From assembly GCA_946414435.1 (NCBI GenBank), contig CAMKOM010000014.1:2717-66716 (forward strand): a DNA stretch of 64,000 nucleotides. Direction: 5' to 3'. Below the pieces are notes generated by a model, which saw only the letters and a program-made list of their open reading frames with translations, did not search any database and had not been told where the DNA came from. Shown piece by piece: positions 1 to 9,102 of the stretch (position 1 is its first letter; every line of letters starts with the position of its first letter). Both the position numbers and the translations under genes were made by a program. The stretch is from an uncultured Bacteroidota bacterium. GTDB taxonomy: Bacteria > Bacteroidota > Bacteroidia > Bacteroidales > SZUA-534.

Positions 1-702
1 TTTGTCTTTTTCGGCTTTGCGTTCGGCCAGGCCTTCCTGAATGGCGTCGCAAACAGCGCCTAAAACCAATGAAATGGCTTTTGCTGCGTCGTCGTTGCAC
101 GGGATGGCGTAGTCAACAATGTTAGGATCTGAGTTGGTGTCGACCATAGCGAATACCGGAATCTGAAGGCGGTGTGCCTCAGCCACGGCAATCTTCTCTT
201 TCTGAACGTCGATAACGAACAGGGCGGCGGGCAGACGGGTAAGGTCGGCGATGCTGCCAAGGTTCTTAGTCAGTTTGCTGCGTTGGCGGTCGACTTGCAG
301 TCTCTCGCGTTTCGACAGGTGGTCAAGTGTTCCGTCCTGCTCCATCTTGTCGAACGAGCTCATTTTTTTGACTGCCTTGCGAACAGTGGGGAAGTTAGTC
401 AGCATACCACCCGACCAGCGCTCTGATACGTAAGGCATGTTGATTTTTTTAACTTGTTCTGCAAGAATATCTTTTGCTTGTTTTTTGGTGGCTACAAAAA
501 GAATTTTGCGGCCCGATTTTGCTATCTGCTTGAGTGCATTAGCGGCTTCATCAACCTTTGCAACTGTCTTGTGCAGGTCGATGATGTGGATTCCGTTCTT
601 CTCCATGAAGATGTATGGAGCCATTGCCGGATTCCATTTTCTTTTCAGGTGGCCGAAGTGCGCACCTGCGTCTAATAATTCTTGAAAATTAACTCTTGAC
701 AT
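1..702 (-). CDS. rpsB: 30S ribosomal protein S2; C-terminal end cut by window edge (absent from supplied ORF track)
   Basis: Own reverse-strand translation from ATG at 702-700: MSRVNFQELLDAGAHFGHLKRKWNPAMAPYIFMEKNGIHIIDLHKT...ERWSGGMLTNF...VDTNSDPN. The frame stays open to nt 1. Conserved S2 signature; follows rplM-rpsI. Confidence 0.93.
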   Translation of the reverse strand, partial: MSRVNFQELLDAGAHFGHLKRKWNPAMAPYIFMEKNGIHIIDLHKTVAKVDEAANALKQIAKSGRKILFVATKKQAKDILAEQVKKINMPYVSERWSGGMLTNFPTVRKAVKKMSSFDKMEQDGTLDHLSKRERLQVDRQRSKLTKNLGSIADLTRLPAALFVIDVQKEKIAVAEAHRLQIPVFAMVDTNSDPNIVDYAIPCNDDAAKAISLVLGAVCDAIQEGLAERKAEKDK

Positions 703-810
703 TTTTGTTTGTTTTTCGTTTACATTCTTGTTGTAAAAGCAATCGTTAAGTAGTTCTGCTTCAGAAGTCTTAACAATTTAGATACTAAACGATATTCTCG
801 TGCAGCATCA

Positions 811-1197
811 TTAACGCTTACTGAACTGGAATCTCTTGCGAGCCTTCTTCTGACCAGGTTTCTTACGTTCAACCTCACGTGGGTCGCGGGTGACAAATCC
901 GGCAGCCTTCAGGGGCTTGCGGTTTTCCTCGTCAAGTTTCATCAGCGCGCGGGTGATTCCCAGACGAACGGCCTCGGCCTGTCCTTTCACACCACCACCG
1001 TCGATGGTTGCTTTGACATCGAATTTGCCATTAAGCGACAATACACCAAAAGGTTGCATAACAATGTACTGCAGGGTCTCAATCGGGAAATACTCTTTGA
1101 AATCCTTGCCGTTAACTGTTACGTTGCCGGTTCCTTGGCTCAAGTAAACGCGAGCGATAGCGGACTTTCTGCGTCCAACTGCATTAATTACTTCCAT
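811..1197 (-). CDS. rpsI: 30S ribosomal protein S9
   Basis: 128 aa. GRRKSAIARV motif and basic C-terminus KKPGQKKARKRFQFSKR typical of S9. 1-nt gap after rplM. Confidence 0.97.
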   Translation of the reverse strand: MEVINAVGRRKSAIARVYLSQGTGNVTVNGKDFKEYFPIETLQYIVMQPFGVLSLNGKFDVKATIDGGGVKGQAEAVRLGITRALMKLDEENRKPLKAAGFVTRDPREVERKKPGQKKARKRFQFSKR

Positions 1198-1198
1198 T

Positions 1199-1654
1199 TT
1201 ACTTGATTGAATTTAAGTTAATCAATTCAGGCTGCTGAGCTGCGTGTGGGTGGCTCTCGCCTGCATAAACATAAAGGTTGCGGTAGAGGGCTGCGCCGAG
1301 ACGGTTCTTCGGAAGCATACCTTTTACTGCGGTTTCTACCATTGCAATCGGGTTTTTCACCATAAGTTTCTCTGCAACGATAGTGCGTTGTCCACCGGGA
1401 TAGCCGGTGTAGTGTGTGTACTCTTTACCTGCCCATTTGTTGCCTGTAAGTTGAACTTTTTCGGCGTTGATAATGATGACATTATCGCCGCAGTCAACGT
1501 GGGGGGTAAAGTTGGTTTTGTGCTTGCCTCTCAACAGATAGGCGGCACTGCTGGCAAGACGGCCCAAGACTTGGTCTTTGGCGTCGATGACAACCCATTT
1601 CTTCTCAACGGTTGTCTTGTTTGCCGAGATGGTTTTCAAACTAAGTGTGTCCAC
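1199..1654 (-). CDS. rplM: 50S ribosomal protein L13
   Basis: 151 aa. KKWVVIDAKDQVLGRLAS, GYPGG and GMLPKN motifs typical of L13. Confidence 0.97.
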   Translation of the reverse strand: MDTLSLKTISANKTTVEKKWVVIDAKDQVLGRLASSAAYLLRGKHKTNFTPHVDCGDNVIIINAEKVQLTGNKWAGKEYTHYTGYPGGQRTIVAEKLMVKNPIAMVETAVKGMLPKNRLGAALYRNLYVYAGESHPHAAQQPELINLNSIK

Positions 1655-1715
1655 TCTAATCCTAACTTTTTAATTAATAAATAAATACTATCCACATTTC
1701 CCCAAATGTGGACTG

Positions 1716-1723
1716 CAAAAATA
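1716..1723 (-). promoter_or_regulatory. Candidate -7 promoter box for rplM-rpsI(-rpsB)
   Basis: Minus strand reads TATTTTTG, matching the Bacteroides TAnnTTTG consensus, about 60 nt upstream of the rplM ATG. The predicted 5' UTR opens with a 9-bp perfect hairpin tccacattt/aaatgtgga (1691-1712). Confidence 0.4.
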
Positions 1724-1987
1724 CAATTTTATATCAAACGAACAATTATTATCAACATCATTTTGTTGATATGGTGTTTCTGTTGATAATCAGCTCATTG
1801 TATATGGATATGTTATTTAAAACCTTGTTGATGCCAATTTCACACGATGGAAAAAAGCGATTTTCGGGTGTTGTTGTTGCACAAAATGAAGCCGTCAATG
1901 GTGAAGATAGATGATATGCATATATAAATATGTGTGTTTTTTCTGCAGACCCGACATCTATGTTATATTTGCCAAAAACAAAAAACG

Positions 1988-2677
1988 ATGTTTGGACTGC
2001 CAACACACTTGCAACATACTGACGATGCGGAACTTAAGCAGATTTTGCAGCAAACTATAATGCTGCAAAACGGCGCCGTGGCTGCACAGATGGCCAAATC
2101 AGGCGTGCGCGGGCTGATGAACTACGGCGTGTCGCTGCCCGACCTGCGGCGTATTGCGGCCGAATGGGGCACCAACCATGAACTTGCCCGGCGACTTTGC
2201 CCGCTCAACATTCGCGAAGCGCGCATCCTGGCATCGATGCTTTTTGATGCCAACAAGCTGACCGACAGCGATTTGACGCTAATCAGCCAATCAATAACAA
2301 ACATTGATATGGCCGAGAATTTTGCGCAAAATATTGTCAGCAAAATTGCTGACCGCAACTTTTTCAGCCAGCTTGCCAATGGCGACAAATGGCATCTGCT
2401 GACTGCCATCAACGCTGTGGGCTGGGCTGTTGCGCAGCATCGGCAGCACTCTGATATTTTGTCCGATTGGTTTGTTTGCAACATCGAATCAATTATAAAT
2501 CAGAATATTGCAGAATCCACACGACCGATTGTGGCGACAATGACTGCCATTGCTGACATCTCGGAACCGAAAAAACTGACAATCGAAAACATTGCGCAAA
2601 AACTAATATCTTCGCAATCAGCGTTTGCACAAAATATTGGCAATCAGTTTATTCGATTACACCAAGATGAATTTTAA
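1988..2677 (+). CDS. DNA alkylation repair (AlkD-like HEAT-repeat) family protein
   Basis: 229 aa from the ATG at 1988 (the ORF-track start at 1934 is an upstream extension). LPDLRRIAAEWGTNHELARRLCPLNIREARILASMLFD resembles the AlkD/DNA_alkylation family pattern. Confidence 0.55.
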   Translation: MFGLPTHLQHTDDAELKQILQQTIMLQNGAVAAQMAKSGVRGLMNYGVSLPDLRRIAAEWGTNHELARRLCPLNIREARILASMLFDANKLTDSDLTLISQSITNIDMAENFAQNIVSKIADRNFFSQLANGDKWHLLTAINAVGWAVAQHRQHSDILSDWFVCNIESIINQNIAESTRPIVATMTAIADISEPKKLTIENIAQKLISSQSAFAQNIGNQFIRLHQDEF

Positions 2678-2795
2678 TAATCAATCATCGATACACCGGA
2701 ACGTGCCAAATCCGACATGACAGTTTTTTGGTACATTTTTTGTCATAGCACGTTTCGCAAAACTTTTTCTGACACATAATTAAAAACATAACACT

Positions 2796-3560
2796 ATGAA
2801 TTTCAACAAGACATCGAACCCGACACTGGGCGAGAAAATCATTAAAGATTACGCATTTGCCGCAACCGATGGCGCAATGACGGTGCAAGGCACGATAAAC
2901 AAAATTGCTCTGCTGCTGGCGCTTGTGATTGCCGGCGCGGTTTTTACGTGGGCAAAAACTATGAGCGGCGTTGAGACAGGCAGCGTTGTTGGTGTTCAGG
3001 GCTGGATGATTGGCGGCAGCATTTCGGCTTTTATCCTTGCACTCATCATCACGTTCAAAAAGAACCTTGCGCCGATTCTGTCGCCGGTTTACGCCATCTG
3101 CGAAGGCCTTTGCCTTGGTGCTCTTTCGGCTTATTTCGAAGTGATGTTTCCAGGTTTGGTAATGCGCGCCGTTCTGCTCACATTCAGCGTTTTATTCGGC
3201 ATGCTCTTCATGTACAAGGTGCAGATTATTAAGGTTACGCAACGCTTCCGCGCGATAGTTCTGGCAGCCACAGTCGGCATTGCACTGGCTTATCTGATTT
3301 CGTTCATACTCAACTTGTTCGGTGTCAATATGGGCTTCATCTTGGGTGGTGGTTCGTTTGGGCTTATCATCAGCTTGGTGGTTGTGGCTGTTGCCGCGCT
3401 TAATCTGGTTCTCGATTTCGATTTCATCGAGAAAGGCACCGAAGCCGGCCTTCCATCGTTCTTCGAGTGGTACGGCGCTTTCGGCCTGATGGTGACGCTT
3501 ATTTGGCTCTACATTGAGATTCTGCGCCTGTTGGCAACCATCGCCAGCAATAGAAACTGA
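2796..3560 (+). CDS. Bax inhibitor-1/YccA family membrane protein
   Basis: 254 aa. Soluble N-terminus followed by about 7 hydrophobic helices, the layout typical of the Bacteroidetes BaxI_1 family. Confidence 0.7.
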   Translation: MNFNKTSNPTLGEKIIKDYAFAATDGAMTVQGTINKIALLLALVIAGAVFTWAKTMSGVETGSVVGVQGWMIGGSISAFILALIITFKKNLAPILSPVYAICEGLCLGALSAYFEVMFPGLVMRAVLLTFSVLFGMLFMYKVQIIKVTQRFRAIVLAATVGIALAYLISFILNLFGVNMGFILGGGSFGLIISLVVVAVAALNLVLDFDFIEKGTEAGLPSFFEWYGAFGLMVTLIWLYIEILRLLATIASNRN

Positions 3561-3662
3561 TTCTCACTACTGCCGGCGTCATAAGAATGGATTTACCCTT
3601 TCGTCTGATTAACAAACGGCTACAATATCAGCATAGGTCGCAAAAAGCGGCCTATTGCTTTT

Positions 3663-4436
3663 TTATGAGAGTCCGAACAATTTCTCGGCATTGGCGGTTG
3701 TATGTGTGGCAACATCTTCGACGCTAATCTGCTTTATTTCAGCTAATTTCTGCGCTACAAGTGGCAGAAAACTGCTTTCGTTGCGCTGCCCGCGATGTGG
3801 CACCGGCGCCAGATAAGGGCAATCTGTTTCCAAAATAAGATGCTGAATGTCAATCTGTTCGACAACAGCCGGCAAATCTGATTTTTTGAATGTCAGCACA
3901 CCGCCAATACCCAGCAAGAAACCCATACTGATGGCTTGGCGAGCCTGCTCAACAGTGCCCGAGAAACAGTGGAAAACACCGCGCAAACGGTCATCGGCAA
4001 GTGGCTCGAGCGCCGCAATGGTCTTCTCGATGGCGTTGCGGATATGGATTATCACCGGAAGCCCCAAATCCTTCGCCCATCGCACTTGAACAGCGAAAGC
4101 ATCGAATTGCTCACGCTCGAAGGTCTGGTCCCAATAAAGGTCGATGCCAATCTCGCCCACGGCGCAAAACTGGCGGCCACTGGCCAGCATTGTCTCAACA
4201 TCGTTCAGTGCGGTAAGGTAACTGCCATCAACCGATGTGGGATGCAGTCCGGCGCAAGCAAAAAAATGTTTCGGGTCGGAATCGGCCAGGCTGAGCATTG
4301 CCTGCCGCGATGTGGCGTCGATGTCGGGCAGAATCAGACGATTAACCCCCGCTTCAAAACACCGGCGAATGGCTTCGTCACGGTCAACGTCGAATTCTTC
4401 AGAATAAATGTGCGAGTGTGTATCAATGAAATCCAT
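3663..4436 (-). CDS. TatD family metal-dependent hydrolase
   Basis: MDFIDTHSHIY start (His-x-His metal motif), GEIGIDLYW, HCFSG and ETDCPYL motifs. The ORF-track N-terminal 15 aa were rejected in favour of the ATG at 4436. Confidence 0.85.
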   Translation of the reverse strand: MDFIDTHSHIYSEEFDVDRDEAIRRCFEAGVNRLILPDIDATSRQAMLSLADSDPKHFFACAGLHPTSVDGSYLTALNDVETMLASGRQFCAVGEIGIDLYWDQTFEREQFDAFAVQVRWAKDLGLPVIIHIRNAIEKTIAALEPLADDRLRGVFHCFSGTVEQARQAISMGFLLGIGGVLTFKKSDLPAVVEQIDIQHLILETDCPYLAPVPHRGQRNESSFLPLVAQKLAEIKQISVEDVATHTTANAEKLFGLS

Positions 4437-4487
4437 TTCAATTTTCCAACAACCAATCCCAATAGCTATCGGGACCAACACCCAGAT

Positions 4488-5138
4488 TTACAACTTGATA
4501 ATATTGCTCTTAATGGCATATTTCACCAAATCGACGGTGCTTTTCAGGTTGAGTTTCTGCATTATATGGTTTTTGTGCGTCTCGACGGTGCGAACACTGA
4601 TAAACAGTTTGTCGGCAATTTCCTGATTGCTGAAGCCGTCGCCCCAAAGTTTCAGAATCTCAATCTGACGGGCGCTCAACGGATCGTCGTCATCAGCCGC
4701 TTGCGAATCGGTTAAATTACTAGAAATGTAGCGGTTAAGCAGCAATTGCGTGATGCTGTCGCTGTAGTAATCGTGGCCGGCACGCAGAGAGAAGATGGCT
4801 TGCGCCAGCTCACCGCCGGTGGCATCTATGGTAATATAGCCTTTGGCTCCGGCTTTTATCGAGCGCAGAATCACATCGTCACGGTTGGCGTTCGAGAGTA
4901 GCAGAATTTTCAGCTTCGGATATTTCAGCATTGTGTCGATGATGAAATTCAGTTCGGCCGTCGAAAGCTCGAACATATTCACAACTAGCACGTGCACAAT
5001 GTGTTGCTTCATCTTCTCGAACAGAGTCGGCTTGTCACTGGTGGCAATCACCACCTTGATGTCAGAATAATTTGACAGATAAGCAGTTACGCTCTCGAGA
5101 ATCAATTTGTGCTGACTGAATAATCCTACAAATACCAT
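4488..5138 (-). CDS. LuxR/NarL-family response-regulator-like transcription factor with degenerate receiver domain
   Basis: 216 aa. C-terminal LuxR HTH (LSARQIEILKLWGDGFSNQEIADKLFISVRTVETHKNHIMQKL). Receiver-like N-terminus, but the acidic pair is replaced (GLFSQH versus canonical VDDH) and the phospho-acceptor position reads VLVVNMF (Asn). Confidence 0.8.
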   Translation of the reverse strand: MVFVGLFSQHKLILESVTAYLSNYSDIKVVIATSDKPTLFEKMKQHIVHVLVVNMFELSTAELNFIIDTMLKYPKLKILLLSNANRDDVILRSIKAGAKGYITIDATGGELAQAIFSLRAGHDYYSDSITQLLLNRYISSNLTDSQAADDDDPLSARQIEILKLWGDGFSNQEIADKLFISVRTVETHKNHIMQKLNLKSTVDLVKYAIKSNIIKL

Positions 5139-5280
5139 AAATCTGCGTTTTTAAGTTTCCAATATTGTCGCTTGCATGTAACGCATTGCAATATTAATTT
5201 TTTTCAGTTTTCTACAAACAATAACTGAAGGCTTGAATTGCAGATAACTTTAGGAATAGGTGTGGTGTATGGCATAGTCA

Positions 5281-5844
5281 TTACTTTCCACTCGCCAGAC
5301 GATACTTCTCCTCGCGCTCATTGATATAATCGCTGATATGCTCGCGGCGGCTTTTGGTAATGGCAATGCGGCCCGAGCGCACGTACTGCAGCACGCATTT
5401 GAACTCCTGCAGCGCGGCGTAAAGCGACTCAATGTCCTCCGTCAGACCAGTTTTGGTGACAATGGCGTAGGTGGGGTTAACTTCTACAATATTGGCGTCG
5501 TGCAGGCGGATTTGACGCGAAATGCCCTTCTCGTTCAGCATTGTCGGCGTTGAAATCTTGAACAGTCCGCACTCTTGGATAAATATCTCATCGTCAGTGT
5601 AATAGTTGGCCTGAAGCACATCAATCTTCTTCTCAATCTGACGGGTGATTTTGTCGATTGTCTCCTCGTCGCTGTAGCAGGTAATGGTGTATTTGTGAAT
5701 GCCCTTAATGCTTGACGCTGAGACGTTTAGGCTCTCAATGTTCACCTGACGGCGCGTGAAAACAGCCGTGATTTGGTTCAGCAATCCCGCAAGGTTCTCC
5801 GAGAAAACCAGAATGGTGTATAATGTTTTGCTCTCTTGTTCCAT
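5281..5844 (-). CDS. ilvN: Acetolactate synthase small (regulatory) subunit
   Basis: ACT-domain N-terminus TLYTILVFSENLAGLLNQITAVFTRRQVNIESLNVS. Directly downstream of ilvB. ATG at 5844 preferred over the TTG at 5865. Confidence 0.9.
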   Translation of the reverse strand: MEQESKTLYTILVFSENLAGLLNQITAVFTRRQVNIESLNVSASSIKGIHKYTITCYSDEETIDKITRQIEKKIDVLQANYYTDDEIFIQECGLFKISTPTMLNEKGISRQIRLHDANIVEVNPTYAIVTKTGLTEDIESLYAALQEFKCVLQYVRSGRIAITKSRREHISDYINEREEKYRLASGK

Positions 5845-5860
5845 TTTTATCTGTTTGTTT

Positions 5861-5902
5861 TTCAATTCAATAATTCAGTCATTCAGTCCTTCAATCCTTC
5901 AA
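5861..5902. repeat. 8-nt periodic spacer between ilvB and ilvN
   Basis: The plus strand reads ttcaattc aataattc agtcattc agtccttc aatccttc (five octamers). The reverse complement of the same octamer family occurs at 50426-50452. Confidence 0.7.
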
Positions 5903-7600
5903 TTATTTGAACTCCAGCATCATATCGTCAACATCGTGGCCGGGGGCGCACATTGGCAGAACGTTGCCCTCCTCCTCAACAGCCACCTGAAGCAGATAGG
6001 GGCCTTTGGTGTCCATCATTGTGCGGACGGCGGCGGCAAGGTCTTTGCGGTCGATAACTGTCTGACACGGAATGCGATAGGCTTCGGCAATCTTCATAAA
6101 ATCAGGGTTCGTCATTGGGGTGAACGAGTAGCGGCGGTTGAAGAACATTGCCTGCCATTGGCGGACGTTGCCCAAATAGTTGTTGTTGAGCAAGATAAGT
6201 TTCACGGGAACCTGATTCTCCATAATGGTGCCCAACTCCTGAATGGTCATCTGCAAGCCGCCGTCGCCAAGGAAGACGCACACATCGCGGTCGGGGGCGC
6301 CGAAAGCCGCTCCAATGCCGGCCGGCGTGCCGAATCCCATTGTGCCCATTCCGCCCGAAGTGACCACGCTGCGGCGTTGGGTGAACTTGAAATAACGGGC
6401 CGCCATCATTTGGTTCTGACCAACATCGGTGACCATAATGGCCTTATTACCAGTTTGTTGAGTGACAACATTCACCACCTCGCCCATCTTTATCGGGCCT
6501 TCGGTGGGGTGAATTTCTTTTTCGATAACCACCGTGCGCTCCTTCTCAAAATATGGCTTGAAACTCTCAATCCACTCGGTGTGGCTGTTCTTTTTCAGCA
6601 ACTTATTCACCTGTGCCAGAGTCTGTTTGCAGTCGCCAAGCACAGCAAGGTCAACCTTCACGTTCTTGTTAATCTCCGACGGGTCGATATCGAAATGAAT
6701 CTTTTTGGCCTGAGTGGCGTAGGTGGCGAGTTTTCCGGTTATGCGGTCGTCGAAGCGCATTCCTACTGCAATCAGCAGGTCGCACTCCTGAGTCTTGACG
6801 TTCGACGCTAGGCTGCCGTGCATTCCGAGCATTCCAACGTTCAGCCGGTGCTCCGACGGCAGTGCCGACAAGCCCAGCAGCGTGCAGCCGGCAGGCATAT
6901 CGGCGGTCTCCAAAAACTCGCGCATCTCGTCTTGGGCGTTGCCCAGTTCAACACCTTGACCAACAAGCACCAGCGGGCGTTTGGCGGCGTTTATCATTGC
7001 GGCGGCCTCGCTAATGGCAACAGGGTCAATGTCGGGTTCGGGCACGTATCCGCGGATAAAATCAATATGCTGCGGCTCGTACTCAACCATTCCCACCTGT
7101 GCGTTTTTGGCAAAGTCGAGCACCACCGGACCCGGACGGCCGCTACGGGCAATGTAGAACGCGCGGCTCACAGCCCACGCCACATCCTCGGGGCGGCGAA
7201 TCTGATAGGCCCACTTCGATATTGGCTGCGTAACGCCCACAAGGTCAACCTCTTGGAAGGCGTCGCTGCCAAGGAACGAAGCGCCCACCTGACCGGCAAT
7301 CACCACAATTGGAGTGCTGTCCATCATTGCGTCGGCAATGCCTGTAATGGTGTTGGTTACGCCCGGGCCGCTCGTTACAAGGCAGACGCCCACTTTTCCG
7401 CTCACGCGGGCATAGCCCTGTGCGGCGTGCGCGGCAGCCTGCTCGTGGCGTACCAATATGTGATTCAGCGTTTTACGGTGGTCGTAGAGTGCATCGAAGG
7501 TAGGCATTATGGCGCCGCCCGGATAACCGAACATCACGTCAACCCCTTCATTTTCAAGCGAGCGCATCAGCGCCTCTGCACCAGTTATTTTCTCTTTCAT
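5903..7600 (-). CDS. ilvB: Acetolactate synthase large (catalytic) subunit
   Basis: 565 aa. TPP-enzyme motifs (GYPGGAIMPTFDAL, GPGVTN, GLGTMGFG-like SGGMGTMGFGTPAGIGA, GDGGLQM). Confidence 0.95.
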   Translation of the reverse strand: MKEKITGAEALMRSLENEGVDVMFGYPGGAIMPTFDALYDHRKTLNHILVRHEQAAAHAAQGYARVSGKVGVCLVTSGPGVTNTITGIADAMMDSTPIVVIAGQVGASFLGSDAFQEVDLVGVTQPISKWAYQIRRPEDVAWAVSRAFYIARSGRPGPVVLDFAKNAQVGMVEYEPQHIDFIRGYVPEPDIDPVAISEAAAMINAAKRPLVLVGQGVELGNAQDEMREFLETADMPAGCTLLGLSALPSEHRLNVGMLGMHGSLASNVKTQECDLLIAVGMRFDDRITGKLATYATQAKKIHFDIDPSEINKNVKVDLAVLGDCKQTLAQVNKLLKKNSHTEWIESFKPYFEKERTVVIEKEIHPTEGPIKMGEVVNVVTQQTGNKAIMVTDVGQNQMMAARYFKFTQRRSVVTSGGMGTMGFGTPAGIGAAFGAPDRDVCVFLGDGGLQMTIQELGTIMENQVPVKLILLNNNYLGNVRQWQAMFFNRRYSFTPMTNPDFMKIAEAYRIPCQTVIDRKDLAAAVRTMMDTKGPYLLQVAVEEEGNVLPMCAPGHDVDDMMLEFK

Positions 7601-7641
7601 TTTTATATTGTTGAATAGGAATTCTTATATTTGATTTATGA

Positions 7642-9102
7642 TTAATCTTTTACAAATCTTACACTATATCTTCCATCACCATCTTTGCATTTTGCAATGC
7701 CATTATTCGTTATTATTCTTGTTGCTCCTCCTCCATAAGGTCTATATGCGACCATATTGTACACACCTATTATATCATAACGTTCTTCCCAATATGTCAC
7801 AATTCCAGGTATGTAATAGTGAGTTTCGATATATAAACCTATTGGAATAGCATTAAAAGCACCTTGCTCTCTTGTTATGAAGTTGCCTTCATCATCTTGC
7901 CAACCAAACGAAGACAATAATTCATACCAAGCACCTTCTTTGGTGAAATATTTTTGTAACGAAGAATCTTTTTCTGCAATTTTTTTTGCCAAATCCATAT
8001 TTAAAGTATCAGAAGGATATACAATACCATAAAAATTTTCTAAATCCTCCCAATCTTCATTTGTCGCAGCGTGGTATCCTATAATTGGACTTTTACTTAA
8101 ATCATTGCCAAATAAATAAAAATGTAAATATTCATTTTCTCCATAAAATGGACTTGACACATTTTCAAGATTACTATTATCGTATTCGTGCAACCCTATA
8201 TAATTATCAATAGTCCAAGTTTTGTTACCAATCTTTGCTATTCTATATACATTAAGGTCTTTGTCGCAAACACATTGCTGTTTATCCATTAAAATAGTTT
8301 GTATAGAATTATTCACATTTATACTTGTGTCTCCAATTTGTATGCCGACAGTTACATTGGCATCATATATGATTGATTCGTAGCGCATAACTGTCTTGCC
8401 GTCCTTCCAATATTTATTTATATATGCAGGAAAATCAGGTTTTTCACGTGTTCCACCTTGCTTAATGTAGCACGTATTCTCATCAACAGAAAACTCTATT
8501 GTTCCCTTGTTATATGCAGTATCAACTTTTGTTATTAAATTAGCAGAAACAGATATTGGGGTCTCTGTATATTCATAATATTTGCGATTTCTGGAATTCT
8601 CACCTTCATTTTTATAAAAATATTGCAGTTTCCAATTAATATTTGTGGCAATTTCACCATCGCCGAAATCTCTGTTTAAAACTAATTCGAGCTCTGGAAT
8701 AGAATAGAATTTTAATTCTTTTTTATTCCCATACGCTGTATCACTTCCGTTAATTATATATGGAACACACTCAAGATAATACATTGTAAAAGGTTGTAAT
8801 TCATATTCTTTATATATATTATCTATCTTTTTCAGATTTTCTTTAGACGTTCCTACAAACACATTATATCCATATTTTATATCATTTTTTGTATTGTATT
8901 TTTTCTTAATGTCAAGAAGTCTGGAAAAGTTTGTTGTTTCGCCTTGTAAAATGTCCCCATCATTAATCTCTGAAAATTTAACTGTTGAAATACAATCGTC
9001 AAAAGAGTATTCAGGTTCATCTTCCTTGCAAGAGTTAAAAGTGTATGTTGAAAGAGCCAATGCCACAGTGGCTAATTTGAGTGTTAATGTTTTAGTAGTC
9101 AT
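7642..9102 (-). CDS. FISUMP-domain lipoprotein (Fibrobacter succinogenes major paralogous domain family), accessory
   Basis: 486 aa. Signal peptide with lipobox (ALALSTYTFNSC). The C-terminal half follows the FISUMP pattern (YRIAKIGNKTWTIDNY ... AFNAIPIG ... RYSVRFVKD). The gene is visibly AT-rich compared with flanking ilvD and ilvB. Confidence 0.7.
   Translation of the reverse strand: MTTKTLTLKLATVALALSTYTFNSCKEDEPEYSFDDCISTVKFSEINDGDILQGETTNFSRLLDIKKKYNTKNDIKYGYNVFVGTSKENLKKIDNIYKEYELQPFTMYYLECVPYIINGSDTAYGNKKELKFYSIPELELVLNRDFGDGEIATNINWKLQYFYKNEGENSRNRKYYEYTETPISVSANLITKVDTAYNKGTIEFSVDENTCYIKQGGTREKPDFPAYINKYWKDGKTVMRYESIIYDANVTVGIQIGDTSINVNNSIQTILMDKQQCVCDKDLNVYRIAKIGNKTWTIDNYIGLHEYDNSNLENVSSPFYGENEYLHFYLFGNDLSKSPIIGYHAATNEDWEDLENFYGIVYPSDTLNMDLAKKIAEKDSSLQKYFTKEGAWYELLSSFGWQDDEGNFITREQGAFNAIPIGLYIETHYYIPGIVTYWEERYDIIGVYNMVAYRPYGGGATRIITNNGIAKCKDGDGRYSVRFVKD

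Noticed and set aside
1688-1700. DnaA-box-like 9-mers (cTATCCACA at about 1689; TTATCCgCA at about 11075) as a possible origin
   Set aside because: They are single, isolated, imperfect boxes. There is no cluster, no AT-rich unwinding element and no dnaA/dnaN nearby.
3936-4715. Plus-strand 259-aa ORF spanning the TatD / LuxR-like gene boundary
   Set aside because: It is antisense to two well-supported genes and crosses their intergenic gap, and its translation has no family resemblance.
5756-7618. Long plus-strand ORFs (5756-6811, 351 aa; 6818-7618, 266 aa) antisense to ilvB
   Set aside because: They lie entirely within a strongly supported minus-strand gene. Their translations are low-complexity, Arg/Ala/His-rich and have no motifs, which is typical of shadow ORFs in GC-rich coding DNA.
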